The translations under genes were made by a program, and so were the position numbers. From Paecilomyces variotii (taxonomy: Eukaryota): 64,000 bases of DNA. The stretch is taken from NCBI GenBank assembly GCA_004022145.1, contig RCNU01000011.1. One strand, written 5' to 3'. The notes under the pieces are model-generated. The model saw only the letters and a list, made by a program, of their open reading frames with translations, was not told the DNA's origin and did not search any database. This document shows positions 38,261 through 49,622 of the stretch, one piece after another (the stretch's first letter is position 1; each line of letters opens with the position of its first letter).

Positions 38261-40618
38261 TCATCCCTCGTTTCTCAAGGCTTTCATAGTGCGTCTCATT
38301 AACTTTGCGATTCCTTCGCTCCCAACCCCATCCAACCAGTCCAACATCTGAATCCGATATTCTTGCCATGTGATCTTTACTCCTCCATTCTTCTCCAGTG
38401 CTGTCAAAGCTTTCTGGGTGACCGGTTTTTCCAACCTGGGCTGGTCCTCTGCCACCTCCTTTTCCTCTTCAAGCTCCGCAAAACAGATAGCGGACATAAG
38501 GCACAAGGCAATGTGATGACTCAGAGAAAACATCGCAGGGGTGGTATAGTGAAAGGCGTCCTCACGTGCTCTGGTGCGTCCTGCCTCATTCAAGTCATGA
38601 ACATACTCTGTCAAGGCCTTTACTGTGGCAGGGTGGATCAAGCAACCGAGAGCATTTGGGTCTTCTGTGTTAAGGCCTCGGTTTCTCCATATCAGATTAC
38701 AGATATCCATAATGTAGCCATTAAACCTGCCTAGCTCTTCTGGCGGATATAGTACTCCCGAGGGTACTTGGGACTGGAGCTCCTGTGAACTTAGCGAGGC
38801 TTCAAACGCAGCCTTGTAGTCCGCTAGGGCGGAGCTTAAGAGGGAAATGTGCGTAATTGTGGGCGTAAAGGTGAGACTGTAGACGGTCGGCGGAAGAGGA
38901 ATCGTGAGGCGAATATTGCCGTTTAGAGGGGCGTGAGAGAAGACCTTTGCCAGAGTATTATAGAAGTCGACGACGGCTAAGGTTGCTGATTTCGGCCTGC
39001 TGGCATCCTTCTCGAACCCAGATGGATGTTCTAGGATGGACAATGCCAGCAACTCCGTGTGCGTTATCAGCCCTGTCAAAGGAGACGTCTCTGGTCGGTT
39101 TGAGACAGACTTCTGCGTTCTGAGAGATGAACCCCATTGACGAATGAGCGAAGAATAGAAATTAAGGATAGTGACTTTCGAGGAGACGGTATAATCTAGC
39201 ACCGCATCCTCAAGAGGACGAAGGATGTCTTCTTGCAGTTTCTCAAAATGGGCGATATCTAAATATTCGAGAATTCTCAGGATTTCAGTTCGGTTATCCG
39301 TTCCATTCCATAAGTCGATGTATTTTCTGATGAAGGAACGGATTGCGGATGGAATAGTCTGCTTCCTGTTAGCCAGGCTCTCACAACGAAATCAGAGCCT
39401 TACCTTTGTCGTTCGGACATATCCCACAGTCGCGCCCAGCACATAGTTCAGTGCTTCAGGATCTGCCTCGTCGCCATGGAGAATTTTCTCGAGTTCATCA
39501 TTCAAGAAACTTTCCAGCCAATCCTCCAATCGACGACTCGCATCTTCCGATTTGGTGAGAAGGAGATACTTTTGCGCTAGAGGATCTGCCAGAGAAGAAA
39601 CTATTTGGTTAGGTAGTTCAATCTTATCGAGCCTCTCTATAAAGTCGTTCACACTGCGTAACTCTTCCAAAGACGTATGGTTTCTCTGCACTCGTGTCGT
39701 CTGAACATCCGGGATAACAGCTTCGACCTTGCTTCTTTTCACACCTCCTCGACGAACAATCTGGAACGTCGACGACCCAGACATCCTCAGCCTCTCTAGA
39801 TGTGCTTCCTGGATAACTTTAAGATGGGCGGTAAATTCAGGATCCGGGTGCTTGAAAAAGAACGTTGTTCTCCTTGACCCTCCGACGTCTCCAACGATAA
39901 TATCCGGATAGTAGTTCTTGAAGATTCTCAGTAGACCCATTAGTTCCCTTTCATCATCTCCGACATTTCTTAGTAATTCCATAAGCATTTGTATCCGGAA
40001 TGGCTTGACATGCTTTCTTCTTGTTATCATGGACAGCAGCTGACAGAGTGGCCGCCTCAGACTGATCATATCCAGATGGTTGAAAAGTACAGCATACAGC
40101 CTGGACAAATGAAGCGGTTCTTCGACAACATCGTAGATAAGGATCAGCCATCTCAGGAGCAAAGCTTGTGTAGCTGGAGAGGGCTTCCCCTTGCTTGGTC
40201 CGAGGCAGCCCACAATTCTTGTGATAACATCGGACGGTACCTTGTCCACAGGGTACAGGTTCTTCAGGAGAGTAGTAGTAGTCCCTTGGTCTAAATGATT
40301 GGGCTTTGTGATAACGTCAATGAGACGGTCAAGGCTATCCAACGGGATCCCGCTCTCATACGCGTCCGAAGCAATTGTCTTGGCTAGCTCTGAGACACTT
40401 GTATGTCTTTGCTTCGGAGGCAGATAAGCGACTAAGGCGTTATGTTAGATAACCAATTACTGGAGAAAGGATTGACATCTTCCAAATACCTGATTCCAAG
40501 TGCTCGATGGCATCTCGGAGACTTTTTGACCGGTCCCGGCTTTCTACTGAGAGATTAGCATGACAAACCAATATTACATTTTTAGAAACAACTAACCTGG
40601 AGCTGGATCAGACGACAT
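38261..40618 (-). CDS. mis6: Inner kinetochore protein CENP-I/Mis6/Ctf3; 4 exons
   Basis: LIKNL/LLKNLYP-type segment, CLGPSKGKPSPATQALLLRWLI, LRRPLCQLLSMITRRKHVKPFRIQ, IELPNQ; exons linked by GT-AG introns; exact start less certain. Confidence 0.82.
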
Positions 40619-41272
40619 GATTTACATGGAGTGCACTCTTCTGCCTGTGTCGCTTTGATGGATTAAGTACACGGAGAAGCTCGACCGCATGAAGTCCTTG
40701 AACTTGTAGGGTCCACTCCAGACAACTGTTGTTGGACCTCGACTCCGTGCTGCGACGGTCTAGCATAAACAGATGCCTCTGTCGATGATGATCTTTTATG
40801 CCGAGTCTTGATAGAGGCGTACACGTCTACATGTAATCATCTATTGCACTTCCCGTTGGCATAGACCGAGAGGCGCGTCGCGGTAATGTTTGGCAACGAT
40901 CACCGCGGGCCAATCAGAGACCGGCTTTCTTGACTTTCCGCGAGAATGGCAAAAGACGTTCAAGAACATTAATAAGACTAAAGCTAGAAGGATCTTCTCT
41001 ACTTTACAGTATTGATATTTCATTACTTAAAAAAAGAAGAAAGAAGGTAAATCTCCATTATCTATGCAGTTCTTTTGGAAAACCGACTGGATCTATTACA
41101 CTCGTTGCAAAGCGTAAAGCTCGAACATATCGTCTATGAAGAGTATCATATCATTCTCAATACATCGTCGAGTGAATAGGAGGATAAAAATAAACGAGGC
41201 AATCAAATTACCACGGTTTAGACGGAGCGAAAGACCTGACGACTATCGCCTGAGCCGAAAAGAGCGTCATTT

Positions 41273-43335
41273 TCACTTTCTCCTGCGCGCAGAAGAGCTA
41301 GGGGCCTCTTTCCCGGAAGCCACCTTCGCCGTCTTCTTCTCAGCTTCAGTCGCAGGTGCTTCTTTCTCTTCCTCCTCGTCACTTTCGCCTCCCTGGCCGA
41401 ATTCATTAACACGCGTGTAGTCGACCTTGTACTTCCAGCTTTGGTAAAGCCAGATGAAGAAAATAATATCGTCTCTGACCGTCGCCAGCCTGTGGAGCCA
41501 CGGCATTTTGACGGTGAAAGCGAAGAGATCATCGATGAAAGTGTTCAAGAACTTGTATGTCAGGGCTTTGCCAGGCATGTGGGCAACAGACTAATAACAT
41601 CCGGTTAGCGAAGAAGGTAGTTAGTATGGAAATCCTTGAGAACAAACCTTGAGACGATAGTTGATGTAGAGACTAGGCACCATCATCAGGAAACCATAGG
41701 CGTAGACGCTTCCGACAAGGGTCTCGATTATGTAAGAGTACCACGACTTGTGCGTCTTGTACAGGAGGCTGTAGATCGCGTACGCTCCCAGAAGGGGAAC
41801 AGCAATGATATAGAGCCACTTGAACGCAATCTCATCATATTCCTTGGTTTTCTGCTCGGTCTCGGTGAGCTTGTGTTTGTCCTCAAACACAATAACGTAT
41901 GGAAGAAAGGAGAACGTGGAGCCAGGCTGAGGAGGTCTGACGCGTACGTCGACCGTCTTCGTGATCTTCCAGGCTTCCAGAACAATACCAAACCCTTGAC
42001 TGGCGAGAATCATCCAAGAAGTTCCCTCGCTGTTGTCAACAAGGTACAAGAAGATAACAGTCTGCATGAAGACGTTGGCAAGAATAGTGCGAACTGAGGT
42101 GCCGACAACGTCTTTCTTCTTGCGCCAGTGCGACTATGATATGGTCAGCATAGAACCTCAGGTGAGAAGATATGATGGAGCGAGAACTCACAATATCGTT
42201 CTTGAAGGCGAGTGTCTCAAAGATCATGTGTAGGATACTGACAACACCAGTCGTGGCCAACAACCAGACGCTAGTGTCCAAAAGGATCTCCTTGGCAACT
42301 TCGAATTCGCTTCCATCACCTCCAGCGGGCATAGGCCCTCCAGTTGCAGCTTGTCGCGCGTTCTGCTTCATGCCCTCGTCGATACTAGCCATAAGGCTAA
42401 ACTTCCAGTTCTGCAGATTGTTCAGGGTAATACGCAACGGGACAGTGTCGACGGTGGAGTTCAGCTCGGTCATATGGCTTCTAAGCTGCCAGAACTTGTT
42501 GAGGAAAATAACGGGGTAATACCATCCGTTCTGTCCAGTAATGTCTCTAGCACCAGTACTCTCGAGTTCCAGATGCTGCCGAATTGCGGGAGCCATCATT
42601 CGAAACTTCTGAACGCCAGTATCAGGGACAACAGAGACAGTGAAGTTCGGGTGGTAGTAAGAAACGATCTGGATGGCAGGGGTATCGTCCTCCGGTTCTT
42701 CCGCATCGTCCTCATCAGTAAGAAGATTCTTGAGCTTCTTGGTTTTCCTCTTAGGAAGATATTGGTTGAGAGGACGAAGGAAATGGTAAGCCTTTTCCGG
42801 AGAATAGTCCTTTGCCAAGGGATCAAGCTGACTACCGGAAATACCAACGTAGAAGTGAGCCCAAAGAGTCCCGTTCTGCTGGGCCTCTTTGGGAACCTTA
42901 ATGGTAGTATCGATTTCTCGAGTATCACTGTAGTTACCCATCGTGAAGTTCTTTTCCTCAAGGACCAGTGCATCTCGTGGAATGGCATTGAAAGTTGGCA
43001 GTACGGTCGAGGGCGAGACATAGATACTCATGTCCAGGGAGCTGTTCGTTGGCCATACCGGAGCAACATTATCAGGAATGAAGCTGTAGCTCGATATCTC
43101 GCTTCTATCGGCTCGATCAGAAAACGCAGGCACAACTGCGTTCTGGGACGAGCCGCCTTGCTGTTTTCCAAAGAACTGGCCGACAATAAACTGCATTAAG
43201 AAGAAAATACCGAGACCCTGGATGGCGGCTTTCAAGCCGGACTGCAATGGCAACATCAGTACTCTATCCACGCAAAAATCATGGATCACTCACGTTCTGC
43301 TCCGGCTCATCTCTGCGTTGCCTCTGCTCAGGCAT
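41273..43335 (-). CDS. CLPTM1-family ER membrane protein (putative lipid scramblase); 4 exons
   Basis: QQNGTLWAHF, FETLAFKNDI|SHWRKKKD, LMMVPSLYINYRLK|SVAHMPGKALTYKFLNTFIDDLFAF, RVNEFGQ. Confidence 0.92.
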
Positions 43336-43622
43336 TTTGTACTTGTCCACGCGAACCGTTAAGCATGGAGCATAGAGGAAATGCGAAGTGCCAGCACGAC
43401 GAGAAATAATGACACTACGCGTCTCACGGCGGTCGTCGGCCAGGCTTGCCGCCTTAGCGCGGGCGCCCCGAAGGTCTCGCCCGCGGTCTTGCAACCCCAC
43501 GGTTTCTATCTATCGCGAACTCCACCAGCCGTGCTGCCTGCGCGGAGACAGCTTGCTCCTCACAGAGACGACGATAGATCCGCGATGGGTGTGCTAGGCA
43601 CTCCCCTGACGCTACTCTACCA

Positions 43623-45002
43623 ATGACTGACAACCCGCCCTCTCCGACTTCTCCTCGCTCCCAGTTCCCCTCCCATCCAGAGCCGCGGGTTTGGGTCATT
43701 TCTTCCGGAGATTCGCCCATTGGCATCTCCCTCGCGCGCCAGGTTCTCGCGCACGGAGATTATGTTGTTGCAGGGCTGGTACCGCAACAAAGCGAACGTG
43801 ATGAGATCCGTCGGGAACAGTTCAAGGCTTTTCTGGAAGAGGTGGAGACGCATGACCATGAAGGATGGCGACAGCGTCTAAAAGGAATTGAACTAGATCT
43901 TAGGTGGGAACTCGGTTCCAAGGCCTCGTTAATTGAAACATATTGTGCAGCTCGCTTACGCCATTGATACAGGATGATGGGCGAGTGTCAGGCGGTAATC
44001 GCAGAAACTGTCAGCAGATTCGGGAAGGTTGATATACTGGTCTGCTGCACGAGTCAAGGTCAGCCGTCGAAGATTCCCAAGTCTTAGAATAATCTTCTGA
44101 CGTCTCTTATCAGCTGTCGTTGGAACTGTGGAAGAGCTTGCGGCATCCCAACGGACATTGAACCTTGTGCGAGACCAGTTCGAAACCAATTATTTCGGTC
44201 CTGTGAATTTCATGAAGGCAGCACTGCCGCAATTACGGAAACAGAGGGCAGGTCATATAATAGTACTTTCGGGCATTAGTGCGTATGACCAATCGGGTTT
44301 GCAACGATTATACTGACGCTTGACAGCCGGGCACATAGGAACCCCAGGACTCGGTGTTTATTGTGCCTCAGGGTGGGCACTTGAGGGATTCTGCGACGTA
44401 TGCGCAACGTCCACTTCTTTTGCCATTGAATGTATACTAACAATACGGCACAGAGTATCGCCTACGAGATTGCCCCTTTCAATATCAAACTGAGCATACT
44501 CCAAGCCAGCATCGAAATCGGCATTCTCTCTAACTTGGTGACGAGCGTTCCTCCCATCGTACCTGCCTACGCCCCTGCGCAGAACCACGCACCACTATTT
44601 CGAGGCATCCTTAACGGCATTCTGACTCGCCTCTCAAACGAAAATGGCGAATCGGCTGCGGGTGTTGAAGGCTCGTCCGGGTCTAACGTAGATACCGCAC
44701 GAGGGACCGGTCCCCTCTCAGCGCCTCACGTTGTTTCAATGTACCCTCCGCTTACTCCAAGTCATCTGGACATTCTTACGGCAGAGACGGTTCACGCCAT
44801 CACTGCGATCGCGGGTCATGAGAATCCGCCCTCGCGACACATCATTGGCCAGGAGGGCGTCGCAAGCGTTAAGGAGAAGCTCAAGACGGTTAGTGAGGAG
44901 TTAGAAGATTTCATTCAAGCCAGCTGCGCTGCAGATATTGCAGTCGATGACGACTCTGCTAGCTCGTTCAAGGAAGATAGTGTAGGAAGAGTACATATAT
45001 GA
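43623..45002 (+). CDS. Atypical short-chain dehydrogenase/reductase-fold protein; 5 exons
   Basis: PRVWVISSGDSPIG, FGKVDILVCC, DQFETNYFGPVN, HIGTPGLGVYCASGWALEGFCD|SIAYEIAPFNIK. Confidence 0.83.
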
Positions 45003-45288
45003 CATACTAAGTGAAAGAATCTTCGCCTACGGCTTGGGGAAGGTCATTTTTAATACTATTTGCCCTGTGATAAGCCATAAGGTCAAATCTTGGAATAAGG
45101 AACTGATACTGCATTAATTTGTAGTAGTACATGCATGATTGACCATTTTTACCAGCAAGTAAAGAGTGCATGCGATGTATTAGTCACATCAAGTTCACAG
45201 TAAGCCGCTCATATGATGAGGATAAACCCAAGGAGAGACCTCTATTCAAAGTATGACAGAGATGACAGCAACTCAAAGAATGAAAAGC

Positions 45289-46845
45289 CTAGTGTGTCTT
45301 CAAATACCAAGTCTGTCTCACTTCCCAGAGACTGCCCATGTCTTGGTTGTTCCTATAACAGCGAAATTGCTTCCATGCATTGCCGTTAGGCGGATTCTTG
45401 ATACGGCCATCAATCTCCAGGATCTTGCTGGCCAAAGCCTGAGGTCCAGCAACATTTGGAAAAATGATATCCTTAATCGGTTCCGGCTCAGATGCTGGGA
45501 CTATGGGAATAACAGAAGTTTGGCCGTTGGATCCAAGTGCTGCTGGCGCGGTTGAATCATACTCGGGAGCTCGATCGGGAGGCGCGAGAACGTTATCATC
45601 AGCAGCATCTGCAGGCGGCGGGGACGTAGTAGCAACCGTCTGTTCGGTTGCAGGGACGACGATTTCGACAGAGACTTTTGGTTTTTCTAGCACAGGGGTT
45701 TCTGAAGTAGAAGTTAACCCCGACTTTGACACATTTTCCACGTTTGAGTCGGGGTCGGTCTTGGTTTCTGAAAGCGGTTCAAGTTCACTTTTGGGGCCAT
45801 CTTCCTCTTCATCTGTATTAGAAGCTTCAGTAGCAGTTAAGAAAACTCTCTGTCCGGGTGGAATGGCGAATGTCAGAGTTGAACCGACGATATCCACGAC
45901 CTAGAAAAGAAAACTTAGAATTTTTGACCACTCCTTCAATAAATTGGTCTCACCTTAGCTTCCTTCTCGACCATTATCTTCTCCGTTTTCCCGAATACGC
46001 GGGTGAATTTCCATACATCCCCCGTCTGGATGATACCATGCGCGATCAGACTATCGAGCTTTACGCTAGAGCTCTCTCCCGCCAGCGCACGATAATCGAG
46101 CTTCTGTTTCTGGCCCCAAAATTCCTCGAATTCCTGTTCCTTGAAATTGTCGAACTCTCCCTTGGCTCTTTCTTCCATCGCATTTGCCGCTTGGCGCAGC
46201 CATTCAGGGTCGTAACGGCCGGCTTCTAGATCTACCTGGAATTGGCGTACTCCTTCGCGCCATGTATTCGAATATCGCAGGAATTCCTGCGGTATCGGGG
46301 GTATCTTCGCATTCGGGTCTTCAGGATCAGGCTCAGGGTTCGGGTGTACATTATCAGGAAGCAGAGATAGGATTTCTTTCTTCTCGTCCTCGTCGAGGCA
46401 ATTCCATGCATCCGGGTGGGCGAGCACTTTCTAAAGCATGAGAGTTAGATGCTGCATATGTACAGCATACAAGAAGCCCATATCTGCTTACAACGAGATC
46501 AATATGGACAAGAGGAGACTCTGAGCTTGTCAAGAGGCTCTCTTCATCCCAGGGATCCTTCTTTGCCCCTCTCTTTGGGTTGCGCTTAGGTCTTTTGTTC
46601 GGCGATTCTTCATTTTGAGGCATTGTTTTGGCCGGTTTGGCAACATTACTGGGCTCTGCTACAGGAGTAGTAGCAGCGCGCCGAGGCCTGGGACATCTTC
46701 AGCACCCCGTATAATATAATCAAGAAATTAGAGATGCCAGGAGAGAGATTCCTGGGGTATTCAATGCATACCTGAGTAGACGTCGAGGAGCACTGGCGGT
46801 AGTGGCAGTACTGCCATCGTGGACCGCCTTACGTTTAGGCGGCAT
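45289..46845 (-). CDS. Asx-homology (ASXH/DEUBAD) domain chromatin protein with a RAMA-like C-terminal region; 4 exons
   Basis: MPPKRK NLS-like start; SPLVHIDLV|KVLAHPDAWNCLDEDEKKEILSLLP...FQVDLEAGRYDPEWLRQA...FEEFWGQK. Confidence 0.82.
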
Positions 46846-47020
46846 CGTTCCAGCCGCGGTCTGGCCTGTTTTGACGGGCAGTAACAGAGGCGGGCTCGAC
46901 CTAGCCCGACAGGGACGCCAGAATAATACCACGTTCTGACGGCGCAATTCGTGGAGACTCTCGAGGCAGGAGTGAAAGGCGGTAGAAGACACGAAACGAC
47001 ACCCTCGAAAGGCTTTCAAG

Positions 47021-47920
47021 ATGGTCAGATCCACGCAGATCGCGAGACTAGATGGTAAGGAAGCTTGTCGAGATAGGAACCGGAGTGTTGCTGACGTTGG
47101 GGTTGATCAAAGGTCTCATGCTGGCAGCGTCTGTCGACGACGAACAGGTACGGTCTACCTTCATTCACTGCCTCGAGCCGCGCTAAGACTAGGATGGGAT
47201 ATTCTTTGTTAACACTTTCCAGGCAGAGGCAGAACTCTCAGAGGTCAAATCGCAGGCGAAGATGATCTTCCGTCGCATGAGTCGCAACTCCGCTCCAGAA
47301 GCCAGCATTGAATCAGGTGTATACAGTTTACAGTGAGCTCTGCCCTGTCGTGTTTTAACCAATCGATTCCGGGCCCCAACTGATCATCTGCAGCTACCTA
47401 ATCAAAGACGACATTTGTTTCCTGTGTATATGCGACCGATCATACCCTCGTAAACTCGCCTTCACTTATCTGGCCGACCTTGCAACTGAATTCACAACCA
47501 CCTACTCCCCTGCTCAGTACCACTCCCCTAATCTGCGACCCTACGCGTTTGTCGAGTTTGATACCTTCATTCAGCGCACCAAAAAGACATACCAAGACAG
47601 CCGTGCCGCCTCAAACCTTGACAGGCTGAATGACGAACTGCGCGATGTGACAAAAGTCATGACAAAGAACATCGAGGACCTCTTATACCGTGGCGATAGC
47701 CTCGAACGTATGGGAGAAATGTCTGGGCGCTTGCGGGAAGATAGCAAGAAGTACCGAAAGGCGGCTGTGCGCATAAATTGGGAGTTGTTGATCAAGCAGG
47801 CAAGTGCCCCGTACCCTGGTGTGAAATAGAGGGTCCATGGAACTAACTGCTCTTCAGTACGGGCCATTCGCAGGATTCGGTTTCCTCATGCTTATACTCA
47901 TTTGGTGGCGTTTCTTCTAG
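47021..47920 (+). CDS. SEC22: ER-Golgi longin R-SNARE Sec22; 5 exons, last intron GC-AG
   Basis: MVRSTQIARLD|GLMLAASVDDEQ; CDRSYPRKLAFTYL; VMTKNIEDLLYRGDSL; TM exon YGPFAGFGFLMLILIWWRFF*. Confidence 0.95.
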
Positions 47921-48282
47921 CTGCGGGCAGTGGAGGTTAATAGTCGTTTTCTTCTCTGTATGGATAACGATATTTTGTTTCGAAATTGTTGAGACGCAGT
48001 CCGATGCAGGACGCGTTGTGGATTCCACTTTCCTCCCATAAGGATTGGACAGGACTCGAATATCCAATTTCTCGGCTTCATGCGATCAGAAGAGTCGACA
48101 TGTGCAGTACCTTTTCGTGCCCAGCAGCTCCTCTGCAGACGCCCACAATACCAAACGTATTATTAGGCTTAAATATACTGCCAGAAGCGATCCTCTGGCC
48201 AGCTTGCACATGCAGAGCTAGCACCATATCGAGACCAAAGAATCAGAAACCGCAGCAAGTATCCCAGGGCTCTTAGCTGCGG

Positions 48283-49622
48283 TCAAATTTCATCCTCCTC
48301 TTCATCGAAATCATCTTCTTCGCCCATGTCGTAGAGAATCCGTCCCCCTTCTCCGGGACCATCGCCGTGTTGTGCGTCGAAATATGGCAGCACCACTCCT
48401 TCTCTTTCCCGCCGCTGCCTTTCCGTAAGACGCAACTCGAACGTCGAGCCTGGTTCCTCTTCTGCCGCATTCTCCTCCAGTTCCTCCGGCCGCCGGTACA
48501 ACGGATGATCGTCTAATAACGTGACAATTTCTTTCGCCTGCTGAGGATGGTATTGCGACGCAGGTGGTAGAACATACCACTCCACGACGCCTCGACCACT
48601 CTTTCGCCTGTGTTCCATTTCCAGCACAACGCCCTCCGCGCTCTTGTCCACTCCCTTCACGTGGTCCAGCCGACCAAGGATCACACCATCCTGTTCCTCT
48701 TCCAGCCCGAATACCGGTGCGGCAAGGCTGCGATCACGGGCAGCCTTTTGTGCTAGGATATGCGAGAGCGAATGGAGTGTAATAATACTCGTTGCGAGGT
48801 ACGTTAATAACGAAAGTGCAGAAGGGGAATATGGCTGCGGGTTTGGCGGCAAGGGAATGTCCTGATGGTAAGTCACAACGAGCGATGCGTGGACCGGGTT
48901 TGCTGTGGGAGTTGTGGGCGCGACAAAGGAACCCAAATAGCTGGGCAAATGCACGGGATGTTCATTGCCACGCGCACTGAGAAGCGGGTGGATAGAGTCG
49001 ATTAGGATAAGCCTGCCTGTGGATGGTCAGCAACTTGAGAGGTAAAAGAGCTCGACCTTACATACGGCGCGGTGTAGTTCCAGGTGCTGGAGTGGGATAT
49101 GCGTTAACAACTTCTTTTGCGATATCTGCTGCTCTCTTCCGTCGACAAGATATGAATGCATCGACGCCTTCCGGCCGTTGCAGGGTCTCGAAAGCTACCA
49201 GAGTGACGTGTACCTTGGATAGCTGTGGGACAGTGAGTTAGTCTTTTGATACAGCAAGCGATTTAAGCACATAACATCAAAGTCGTTCGTTTGATCGAGT
49301 GCAAGTGGAAAATAAGAAGAGTGGTGTAGGGCCATGGGCTAGAGTCGTATTGGCGGAAATTCAAGACAATGAAGGGGCGAACAGGTTTTCCACTGGCTCA
49401 TGGCAATAACAAGGCATTTTTTCGAAAAGTCAAATAATTGGCAGGATCTCATTTATATCTGACCTTCGCTCTCCGTATATATTCCTGAATCAGAGGCCTT
49501 GCCGGTTGTTCCAATGAGTCCAGCAAAAGCGTCAACGGCGACACTGTATCTCGCAGGCTGAGAAGCTTCGAGATCAGAAGGAGATTATGAGTTCGTCGAT
49601 GCGACAAATTCGTCGGGGCCAT
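48283..49622 (-). CDS. ELP5: Elongator complex subunit 5 (Iki1); 3 exons, intron 1 at 49223-49463
   Basis: LLSLRDTVSPLTLLLDSLEQPARPLIQEY; EHRRKSGRG; STFELRLTERQRREREGVVLPYFDAQ; ILYDMGEEDDFDEE. Confidence 0.9.

Noticed and set aside
42351..43199. 282-aa plus-strand ORF and the many similar antisense or overlapping ORFs in the track
   Set aside because: Shadows of conserved genes on the opposite strand caused by codon bias; no motifs of their own
49223..49463. Long (241-nt) first ELP5 intron as a snoRNA host
   Set aside because: No clear C box (RTGATGA) and D box pair or H/ACA layout on the sense strand
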